A stretch of 64,000 nt of DNA from the sequence record PP400782; one strand, 5' to 3'. Below, in pieces: positions 56,379 through 64,000 of this stretch. This stretch comes from Escherichia phage FL31. Positions within the stretch are counted from its first letter, which is position 1, and the number at the start of each line of letters is the position of its first letter. The notes below the pieces were generated by a model. That model saw only the letters and a program-made list of their open reading frames with translations, was not told the origin of the DNA and made no database searches. A program made the translations under genes and the position numbers.

Positions 56379-57375
56379 TTCAAGTGTTGTCTATCGTTCG
56401 ATAGTTACTTCAAAATTTAGAACTGAAAAAATGTTGAATTTCTACAATTCAATAGGTGATGGTGATAATAAAAACACCATCTTTATAACGTTTGGTCGGT
56501 CTGAACCATGGGCTGCTAATGAAAATGAGGTGGGCTTCGCCCCGCCGTATCCAACAGACTCGGTTTTAGGTGTAACAGATATGTGGACTAACATGATGGG
56601 TTTAGTTAAAGTTATCCCATCTATGTTAGACTCGGTTATTCCTAGACGTGACTGGGGAGATATTCGTTATCCAGACCCTTATACATTCAAAATAAATGAT
56701 ATAGTCGTATGTAATACAGCCCCTTATAATGCTACTGAAGACGGGGCAGGATGGTTAGTATATCGTTGCGTAGATGTTCCTGATGTTGGGATGTGTTCTA
56801 TTGAGTCTCTCGACAACAAAGAAGAATGTCTTAAATTAGGTGGTAAATGGACTCCATCTGTTAGGTCTTTAACACCTCCTGAAGGCCGTGGAGATGCTGA
56901 AGGGATTATCGAAGTTGGTGATGGATATATATGGGAGTATCTTTATGAGATTCCACCTGATGTGTCTATAAACCGATGTACTAATGAATATATAGTCGTT
57001 CCATGGCCGGAAGAAGTTAAAGAAGACCCTGCTCGTTGGGGATATGAAAACAATCTAACCTGGCAACAAGATGATTTTGGCCTTGTGTATAGAGTTAAAG
57101 CAAACATAATTCGTTTTAAAGCCTATTTAGACTCAGTTTATTTCCCTAATGCAGCACTGCCTGGTAATAAAGGATTTAGACAAATTTCTATTATCACAAA
57201 CCCGTTGGAAGCTAAACTCCGTCCTAATGACCCTAATATAAAAGCTGAAAAGGATTATTATGACCCCAGAGATTTACAGCGTCATTCTGGTGAAATGATT
57301 TATATGGAAAACCGTCCACCTATTATTATGGCAATGGACCAAACCGAAGAGATCAATATTTTGTTTATGTTCTAA
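56371..57375 (+). CDS. 8: Baseplate wedge protein gp8
   Basis: 334 aa; size and synteny. Confidence 0.9.
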   Translation: MNDSSVVYRSIVTSKFRTEKMLNFYNSIGDGDNKNTIFITFGRSEPWAANENEVGFAPPYPTDSVLGVTDMWTNMMGLVKVIPSMLDSVIPRRDWGDIRYPDPYTFKINDIVVCNTAPYNATEDGAGWLVYRCVDVPDVGMCSIESLDNKEECLKLGGKWTPSVRSLTPPEGRGDAEGIIEVGDGYIWEYLYEIPPDVSINRCTNEYIVVPWPEEVKEDPARWGYENNLTWQQDDFGLVYRVKANIIRFKAYLDSVYFPNAALPGNKGFRQISIITNPLEAKLRPNDPNIKAEKDYYDPRDLQRHSGEMIYMENRPPIIMAMDQTEEINILFMF

Positions 57376-57379
57376 TTTA

Positions 57380-57397
57380 GGGAGACTTCGGTCTCCC
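57380..57397 (+). terminator. UUCG-tetraloop hairpin after gene 8 (terminator or stability element)
   Basis: gggagacttcggtctccc followed by ttt. Confidence 0.4.
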
Positions 57398-57404
57398 TTT
57401 CGTG

Positions 57405-57412
57405 TATAAATA
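57405..57412 (+). promoter_or_regulatory. T4 late promoter (TATAAATA) for gene 9
   Basis: Exact TATAAATA 26 nt upstream of the gene 9 ATG. Confidence 0.6.
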
Positions 57413-57437
57413 GTATAAACTATTAAGGATTAGCCAC

Positions 57438-58301
57438 ATGTATATTCAAACTCCAAAACAATTGATTGACGTTGGCGAAATTGGTAACGCTTCTACAGGC
57501 GATATCCTTTTTGACGGCGGTGTTAAAATAAACAGTGATATAAATGCTATTTACAACGCGTTTGGTGATCAACGAAAAATGGCAACTGCTAATGGGACAG
57601 GACCAAATGGACAAATAATCCATGCCACTGGATACTACCAAAAAGGAGGTCCTACTGATTATTTCACCCCTGTTCCAGTAGGAAGTAGACATGACATAGA
57701 TGCTTCTACCGGTGGTGTTATTGTTACTGTTGCTAGAGGTGAACTCGGTGATTCCGTGGAATTTATAAATTCAAACGGGTCAATTTCTGTAAACAACCCA
57801 TTAAGTATCCAAGCATTAGATTCTATTAAAGGTGTTGCAGGTAATTTAGTTATAACTACACCTTATACTAAAGTTACTCTTCGTTGTATTTCTTCTGGTG
57901 CAGGCGGTTCAATATGGGATTATTCTACAGAAAGTATGTTTAGTCATACCGAAATTCCTGTAGACGGGACATGGAATATTATTTCAGACTATGTCAATAT
58001 TCCTCTATTTTATAAAACTGAATATAATGCTGCTAAACTTTTGGTTACATGCCAATCTGCCAACGGTAGAAAAATTAAATCATGTGAAATAAATATTCTA
58101 ATAGATACAATTAATTCAAGAGTTATTTCAACCGAATACGCAGTGATGCGCGTTGGAAATGATAACGAAGAAGATGAAATTGCGAATATTAGTTTTTCGA
58201 TAATTAACAATTTTGCCACTATGACAGTTTCTTCACATATAAATGGTCTTCGAGTGGCAGCTAAAGTTATTTCAACTCAGAAAATTAGGGTCGCTCAATA
58301 A
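57438..58301 (+). CDS. 9: Baseplate wedge/long tail fibre connector gp9
   Basis: 287 aa; size and synteny. Confidence 0.9.
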   Translation: MYIQTPKQLIDVGEIGNASTGDILFDGGVKINSDINAIYNAFGDQRKMATANGTGPNGQIIHATGYYQKGGPTDYFTPVPVGSRHDIDASTGGVIVTVARGELGDSVEFINSNGSISVNNPLSIQALDSIKGVAGNLVITTPYTKVTLRCISSGAGGSIWDYSTESMFSHTEIPVDGTWNIISDYVNIPLFYKTEYNAAKLLVTCQSANGRKIKSCEINILIDTINSRVISTEYAVMRVGNDNEEDEIANISFSIINNFATMTVSSHINGLRVAAKVISTQKIRVAQ

Positions 58302-60115
58302 TGAAACAAAATATTAAAATTGGGAACGTCGTTGATGACGGACAAGGCGATTACCTTCGTCGTGGTGGTGCAAAAATTAATGAAAACTTTGATGAGTTGT
58401 ATTATGAATTAGGCGATGGCGAAGTTCCATATTCCGCTGGTGCCTGGAAAACATACCATTCTTCAGATGGACTTAATTTAGCTGCTGAATGGGGTAAATC
58501 ATACGCAATTGATACTTCAACAGGGCGTGTTTCTATAAATTTACCTAAAGGAACAGTGGAAGATTATAATAAAGTAATTAGAGCCCGTGATGTATTCGCC
58601 ACATGGAATATTAACCCTGTAACATTAATTGCTGCCAGCGGTGATACTATTAAAGGTTCTTCTAGCCCAGTAGAAATCAATGTGCAGTTTTCAGACTTAG
58701 AATTAGTTTACTGTTCTCCTGGGCGATGGGAATACGTTAAAAATAAACAAATAGACAAAATTACTAGTTCTGATATTAGTAGTGTAGCTCGTAAAGAATT
58801 TTTAGTCGAAGTTCAAGGTCAAACTGATTTTCTTGATGTATTTGGGTCTGTTTCTTATAATGTGAATAATATCCGTGTAAAACATCGTGGTAACGAATTA
58901 TACTACGGTGATGCGTTCAGTGACAATAGTGACTTTGGTTCTCCAGGAGCTAATCCTGGTGAAATCGTTGCATTAGATGGTAAAAACATCCGTTTAAGAC
59001 AACCATGTAATATTGGCGACACCGTACAAATTGAAACCTTTTTGGATGGGATTACACAATTACGCAGTTCTTATTCTCGCCGCCAAATACGTATTTTAGA
59101 TTCGAAATTAACAACCCGTCCTTCCTTAGAAGGAAGTGTATATGTCGCTGATTTGTCAACTTTGAAATCTATTCCTTTTTCGGCATTTGGAGTTAATCCT
59201 TCAGAACCTGTCAATACTAATTCTTTAGAAGTTCGTTTTAATGGTATTCTTCAAGAATTAGCTGGTACTGTTGGTTTACCTATGTTCAGATGTGAAGGTG
59301 CTGATGCAGAAACTTCTACCGAGTGTTCAGCTTTAGGTGGGACTTGGGTTACATCTAACACCGATTATTCTATTGAATATGATGATAACGATGCAACTAT
59401 TGCACGTGCTTTAGTCTTTGACCGTAAGTTTGAAGACCAAGACATTATTGATATTACATGGTTTAATAACGATTTAGGCACTTTATTAAGTATCGATGAC
59501 ATTTTAGATACAACTGATGAAAGATATGTTGCACAAGGTGCAACCGTAAATGTGACCGGCGATGTGGCTTTGACCGATTTCAATAATATCGGATGGCCTA
59601 ATGTAGAATCTGTTCCGGCATATAGCAGGGAATTCTCATCTATTGCAAATATTTTTAACACTATTTACCCTGTCGGTACTATTTACGAAAATGCAGTGAA
59701 CCCTAATAACCCAGCCACGTATTTAGGATTTGGCTCTTGGAAATTATGGGGACAAGGAAAAGTATTAGTTGGATGGAACGACGATATTAGCGATCCTAAT
59801 TTTGCATTAAATAATAACGACCTTGATTCTAGCGGGAATCCTACACATACCGCCGGTGGAACAGTCGGAACAACGTCTAACACACTAACTAATTCTGATT
59901 TACCTCCTACTCAAACTGACGAGAAAGTTCTTATTTCCGATGAGAACGGTACAATTATTATTGGTGGCTGTCAATACGACCCTGATGCAGAAGGTCCTAT
60001 ATACACCAAATACCGTGAAGGCCACGCCACAACGAATAGTACACACATACCGCCTCAAGCCGTAAATAATATTCAACCGTCAATTACCGTATACCGTTGG
60101 GTAAGGATTGCATAA
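58301..60115 (+). CDS. 10: Baseplate wedge/tail pin gp10
   Basis: 604 aa; size and synteny. Confidence 0.9.
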   Translation: MKQNIKIGNVVDDGQGDYLRRGGAKINENFDELYYELGDGEVPYSAGAWKTYHSSDGLNLAAEWGKSYAIDTSTGRVSINLPKGTVEDYNKVIRARDVFATWNINPVTLIAASGDTIKGSSSPVEINVQFSDLELVYCSPGRWEYVKNKQIDKITSSDISSVARKEFLVEVQGQTDFLDVFGSVSYNVNNIRVKHRGNELYYGDAFSDNSDFGSPGANPGEIVALDGKNIRLRQPCNIGDTVQIETFLDGITQLRSSYSRRQIRILDSKLTTRPSLEGSVYVADLSTLKSIPFSAFGVNPSEPVNTNSLEVRFNGILQELAGTVGLPMFRCEGADAETSTECSALGGTWVTSNTDYSIEYDDNDATIARALVFDRKFEDQDIIDITWFNNDLGTLLSIDDILDTTDERYVAQGATVNVTGDVALTDFNNIGWPNVESVPAYSREFSSIANIFNTIYPVGTIYENAVNPNNPATYLGFGSWKLWGQGKVLVGWNDDISDPNFALNNNDLDSSGNPTHTAGGTVGTTSNTLTNSDLPPTQTDEKVLISDENGTIIIGGCQYDPDAEGPIYTKYREGHATTNSTHIPPQAVNNIQPSITVYRWVRIA

Positions 60116-60774
60116 TGACCATACTTAATACTAAAGCGGGAGTAATATCCCGCGAAGCAGATTTTTTAGGATTTAGAAAAAATCCTACTCAAATTGATAT
60201 TTTAAACAACCAAGGCGTAGGTTCTGTAACCATTTCTCAATTGGCAAAAGGATTCTACGATGATAACGTAGAATCTGCAATAAACGATGTTCATAATATT
60301 GCTAGAGCAGATGTAGGAACAGTTACAATTAACACCTCAGGTGTATCTCCTGAAGGAACTTCACAGGTAGATTATTGGTCCTTTAGTGGAAGTGTAACTG
60401 ACCCTAGTTTGCCCGATGGAAGCCCTGTTATTGTAAAAGTTTACGGGCTTCCTGTTAATGCTACTGTAGGTATGACAGCCGACGAATTTGTTGTACAATT
60501 ACGTACTACTCTCCGGAATGCGATTTCCGACCAATTGGCTATTGCAGAGTATAAAGATGACCCTACTGTTGGGACTAAATTACAAATAACATATTTAGAT
60601 AACCAAAGACACGTACTCCCAACGTATTCCTCTTATGGTATCACGGTTTCTCAAGAAATAGTGTCTCAGGCTAAGTCCGGGTACGGCACTTGGAATTTAC
60701 TAGGTGCGCAAACCATTACTCTTGACAACCATATTTCACCTACAACCTTTTATTATTTTGTGAGAACCGCATGA
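60115..60774 (+). CDS. 11: Baseplate wedge/short tail fibre attachment gp11
   Basis: ATG at 60115; [26 protein letters not shown]... matches recalled T4 gp11. Confidence 0.9.
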   Translation: MTILNTKAGVISREADFLGFRKNPTQIDILNNQGVGSVTISQLAKGFYDDNVESAINDVHNIARADVGTVTINTSGVSPEGTSQVDYWSFSGSVTDPSLPDGSPVIVKVYGLPVNATVGMTADEFVVQLRTTLRNAISDQLAIAEYKDDPTVGTKLQITYLDNQRHVLPTYSSYGITVSQEIVSQAKSGYGTWNLLGAQTITLDNHISPTTFYYFVRTA

Positions 60775-62321
60775 GTAACAATACATATCAACACGTTTCG
60801 AACGAATCGGTATATGTTGAATTTGACCCGGTAGGGTCAAATTTTGATAGTTCAATAACCAATGTCCAGGCAGCCTTAGCCTCAATTAGCGCATATGGTG
60901 TTAAAGGTGTTCCGGACGCAAGCGAAGCAGAAAAAGGTGTAATTCAATTAGCGACAGAACAAGAAGTTCTTGATGGATTTAATAGTACTAAAGCCGTTAC
61001 ACCCGCCACATTAAATGCAAGACTTCAGTATCCGAACGCGTCAGAAACACAGTACGGCGTAACTAAATATGCAACACAAGAGGAGGCCATTGCTGGCACT
61101 TTAGACACTGTTTCTATTACTCCGCTTAAATTAAACCAAACTATTGATAACACGTTCTCTACTCGTTATTCAACAGAAACAACTAACGGTGTTATTAAAA
61201 TTGCAACTCAAACCGCTGCACTTGCCGGGTCTGATGACACCACAGCAATGACTCCGCTTAAAACGCAGCAATTAGCAATAAAATTAATTTCTCAAATAGC
61301 TCCTAATAACGACCCGGCTTCAGAATCTATTACCGGTGTTGTGCGTTTAGCTACGGTGGCTCAAACACGTCAAGGAACTCTTCGCGAAGGATATGCAATT
61401 TCCCCATATACCTTTATGAATTCTGTTGCAACACAAGAATATAAAGGTGTTATACGTCTAGGAACACAAGCGGAAATTAATAGTAATTTGGGAGATGTTG
61501 CTGTAACAGGTGAAACGCTAAATGGTAGAGGAGCTACCGGTTCTATGCGTGGAGTCGTAAAATTAACGACGCAGGCCGGTATTGCCCCTGAAGGCGATAG
61601 CTCCGGAGCATTAGCATGGAACGCAGATGTAATTAATACACGCGGTGGACAAACTATTAATGGTTCTTTAAATTTAGATCACCTCACAGCAAATGGAATT
61701 TGGTCGCGTGGCGGAATGTGGAAAAACGGTGACCAGCCAGTTGCAACAGAGAGATATGCATCTGAACGTGTTCCTGTTGGAACAATTCAAATGTTCGCAG
61801 GTGATAGCGCTCCTCCAGGTTGGGTTTTATGTCATGGTGGGACCATTTCTGGAGACCAATTTCCGGACTATCGAAATGTGGTTGGAACAAGATTTGGCGG
61901 TGATTGGAATAATCCTGGAATTCCGGATATGCGCGGCCTTTTTGTTAGAGGAGCTGGTACTGGCAGTCATATTTTAAATAATCGTGGCCAAGACGGCTAT
62001 GGAAAGGATAGATTAGGTGTAGGATGTGACGGCATGCATGTTGGTGGTGTCCAAGCACAACAAATGTCATATCATAAACATGCCGGTGGATGGGGCGAAT
62101 ATCAACGTCATGAGGCACCGTTCGGAGCATCCGTATATCAAGGTTATTTAGGTACTAGAAAATACTCTGATTGGGATAACGCATCATATTTCACAAATGA
62201 CGGCTTCGAATTAGGTGGTCACCGCGACGCGCTGGGTACTCTTAACCGTGAAGGACTTATCGGATATGAGACTCGTCCGTGGAATATATCTTTAAATTAT
62301 ATTATTAAAGTCCATTACTAA
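60771..62321 (+). CDS. 12: Short tail fibre gp12
   Basis: 516 aa; [20 protein letters not shown]...; C-terminal [13 protein letters not shown]. Confidence 0.95.
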   Translation: MSNNTYQHVSNESVYVEFDPVGSNFDSSITNVQAALASISAYGVKGVPDASEAEKGVIQLATEQEVLDGFNSTKAVTPATLNARLQYPNASETQYGVTKYATQEEAIAGTLDTVSITPLKLNQTIDNTFSTRYSTETTNGVIKIATQTAALAGSDDTTAMTPLKTQQLAIKLISQIAPNNDPASESITGVVRLATVAQTRQGTLREGYAISPYTFMNSVATQEYKGVIRLGTQAEINSNLGDVAVTGETLNGRGATGSMRGVVKLTTQAGIAPEGDSSGALAWNADVINTRGGQTINGSLNLDHLTANGIWSRGGMWKNGDQPVATERYASERVPVGTIQMFAGDSAPPGWVLCHGGTISGDQFPDYRNVVGTRFGGDWNNPGIPDMRGLFVRGAGTGSHILNNRGQDGYGKDRLGVGCDGMHVGGVQAQQMSYHKHAGGWGEYQRHEAPFGASVYQGYLGTRKYSDWDNASYFTNDGFELGGHRDALGTLNREGLIGYETRPWNISLNYIIKVHY

Positions 62322-62330
62322 GGGTAAAAA

Positions 62331-63773
62331 ATGATCGAATTAAAAAGTCTACCATATGTTGATGGCCCTCCTGACGAGGGTCAAAAACGTTTAAACTGGA
62401 TTAAAAATTCAGAAGAAATAACTGGTGCTGACACGTTATATGGTTCTGAAGGAGTAATGAACCGTCCAATAACAGAAGTTCAACGAAATGTGGAAACAAT
62501 TAACGATAACGTTAAGACTATTGCAGAATCTTTAGATACCGCTAATGCTGATATTGTCACAATTAAAAGTATCTTGGATGTTTCTGGTGACGTAGATGCT
62601 TTAGCACAAATTGGACATAACACTGATGATATTGAAGTATTAAAACATACTGTAAATTCACACGGTGTTGATATTTTAAACACTGAAGAAAAACTAGATG
62701 ATACTATTGCTAATATCGGAGTAGTTAATCCGGAAACAGATTCAGTGTATCGTACGGTGCGTAACGACCTTCTTTGGATTAAAACCGAATTAGGGCAATA
62801 TACTGGACAAGATATTAATGGTGTCCCGACCGAAGGTAATGAAAGCACCGGGATGAAACGACGTATTATTACTAACAGCTCAGTGTTGGTTGACCAAGGC
62901 GTTCGTTTAACCGAGTTGGAAAATAAATTTGCCGATTCTGATGTTGGGGCTCTGACAACTGAAGTTGAAAACCTCCGCCAAGAAATGGGTCCTAGACCAT
63001 CGTTAACAGTACCGGTTTACACTCGTTTATCTAGTATTGATTCATCCATTTCTATCCAAACCAGAGATATTGCGGCATTAAAAGATTTTGTTGGATATCC
63101 TAATTCAACCGCTATTAAAACTCAAGTCGAGGCCAATCGTCTTTCTATATCAACAATAAATTCAGACATTAACTCGCCTGGTGGTATTAAACCACGTTTG
63201 ACAACGTTAGAAACTACTATAGGCTCTCCGGATTTACCGACTACTCTTCAGGGTAAGATCAAATTAAATACCGATTCCATTTCAGGTATTAACACAGTTT
63301 TAGGTGTTGATTCTTCTAGCGGTTTACGTTTTAACGTAGCATGGCTTAATCAGGTGGTTGGCGTCGATTCAAATGGTGGACAACCTGAACCGGCTGGTTC
63401 ACTTTTATATAGGACTCGTATTCTTGAAAATGGTGTTACTGACCTAGGCAATAACATTCAAAACGTTCAAACCGAATTGGGAACTAATTCGTCCGGTATT
63501 AAAGGACAAGTGACTAGTTTAAATAAACTTATAAGCGGCACTAACCCAAACGGTCAAACCATAGAAGAACGTGGTATATTGCCAACAGTTAAAAACCATG
63601 ACACGACAATTACGGATTTAACTACGCGTGTTACCACTTTAGAAACAGACCTTGCTGCAGCAGAAGAAGAAATTCAAGCCCTTAAAGAGGCCGGATATAT
63701 CGAAGACGCTCCTTCAGACGGTAAATTCTATGTTCGTAAAGATGGTGCTTGGGTTGAACTTCCTACAGCTTAA
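62331..63773 (+). CDS. wac: Fibritin (whisker antigen control) Wac
   Basis: 480 aa coiled-coil protein ending in foldon GYIEDAPSDGKFYVRKDGAWVELPTA. Confidence 0.95.
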   Translation: MIELKSLPYVDGPPDEGQKRLNWIKNSEEITGADTLYGSEGVMNRPITEVQRNVETINDNVKTIAESLDTANADIVTIKSILDVSGDVDALAQIGHNTDDIEVLKHTVNSHGVDILNTEEKLDDTIANIGVVNPETDSVYRTVRNDLLWIKTELGQYTGQDINGVPTEGNESTGMKRRIITNSSVLVDQGVRLTELENKFADSDVGALTTEVENLRQEMGPRPSLTVPVYTRLSSIDSSISIQTRDIAALKDFVGYPNSTAIKTQVEANRLSISTINSDINSPGGIKPRLTTLETTIGSPDLPTTLQGKIKLNTDSISGINTVLGVDSSSGLRFNVAWLNQVVGVDSNGGQPEPAGSLLYRTRILENGVTDLGNNIQNVQTELGTNSSGIKGQVTSLNKLISGTNPNGQTIEERGILPTVKNHDTTITDLTTRVTTLETDLAAAEEEIQALKEAGYIEDAPSDGKFYVRKDGAWVELPTA

Positions 63774-63779
63774 TGAAAA

Positions 63780-63793
63780 GGGCCTTCGGGCCC
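63780..63793 (+). other. UUCG-tetraloop hairpin between wac and gene 13
   Basis: gggccttcgggccc immediately after the wac stop. Confidence 0.45.
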
Positions 63794-63805
63794 TAAAGGA
63801 TTTAT

Positions 63806-64000
63806 ATGTCAGGTTATAATGCACAAAACCCTAAAGAATTAAAGGATGTAATATTACGTCGTTTAGGCGCTCCTATTGTAAATGTTGAATTAACTACAGA
63901 CCAAATTTATGATTGTATTTCACGGGCGTTAGAACTTTATGGTGAATATCATTTTGACGGATTGAATAAAGGTTTTCACGTATTTTTTGTTGATGACGAA
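63806..64000 (+). CDS. 13: Neck protein gp13, N-terminal part; ORF runs off the window end
   Basis: [65 protein letters not shown] matches recalled T4 gp13 N-terminus. Confidence 0.9.
   Translation, partial: MSGYNAQNPKELKDVILRRLGAPIVNVELTTDQIYDCISRALELYGEYHFDGLNKGFHVFFVDDE

Overview
This window reads as a contiguous segment of a T4-like (Tevenvirinae) myovirus genome. No search could be run: all calls rest on the supplied six-frame translations, recognisable motifs, recalled T4 protein sequences and T4 gene order. Nearly all of 1-48,120 is transcribed on the minus strand: the 5' part of DNA polymerase gene 43, then regA, the clamp loader (62, 44) and clamp (45), recombination nuclease 46/47, late sigma factor 55, the anaerobic nrdH-nrdG-nrdD cluster, endonuclease VII (49), nrdC, a long hyperplastic stretch of small early genes, tk, regB, a glycyl-radical cofactor homologue, denV, internal-protein genes, lysozyme e, nudE, a reduced tRNA cluster, 57B/57A and genes 1, 3, 2, 4. 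From 48,181 the plus strand carries the late baseplate and fibre block 53, 5, 5.1, 5.4, 6, 7, 8, 9, 10, 11, 12, wac and the start of 13. Departures from the T4 arrangement as I recall it: two free-standing homing-endonuclease genes (GIY-YIG-like between 45 and rpbA; HNH on the opposite strand between 45.2 and 46), no ORF large enough to be alpha-glucosyltransferase between 47 and 55, an uninterrupted nrdD, and only two clear tRNAs. The most interesting unexplained signals are a family of at least 17 promoter-early-stem-loop (PeSL)-like cassettes including two near-identical 48-nt copies 28 kb apart, an expanded set of eight internal-protein-like genes (one frameshifted at a homopolymer), three tandem small paralogues sharing a WV(S/A)SSxxC C-terminus, a macro-domain protein, and a nucleotidyltransferase-fold gene flanked by a membrane protein and a P-loop ATPase. 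I found no strong evidence of a complete new multi-gene system; the candidates are single genes or small clusters needing profile searches. Start codons are approximate where the ORF track began at TTG/GTG.
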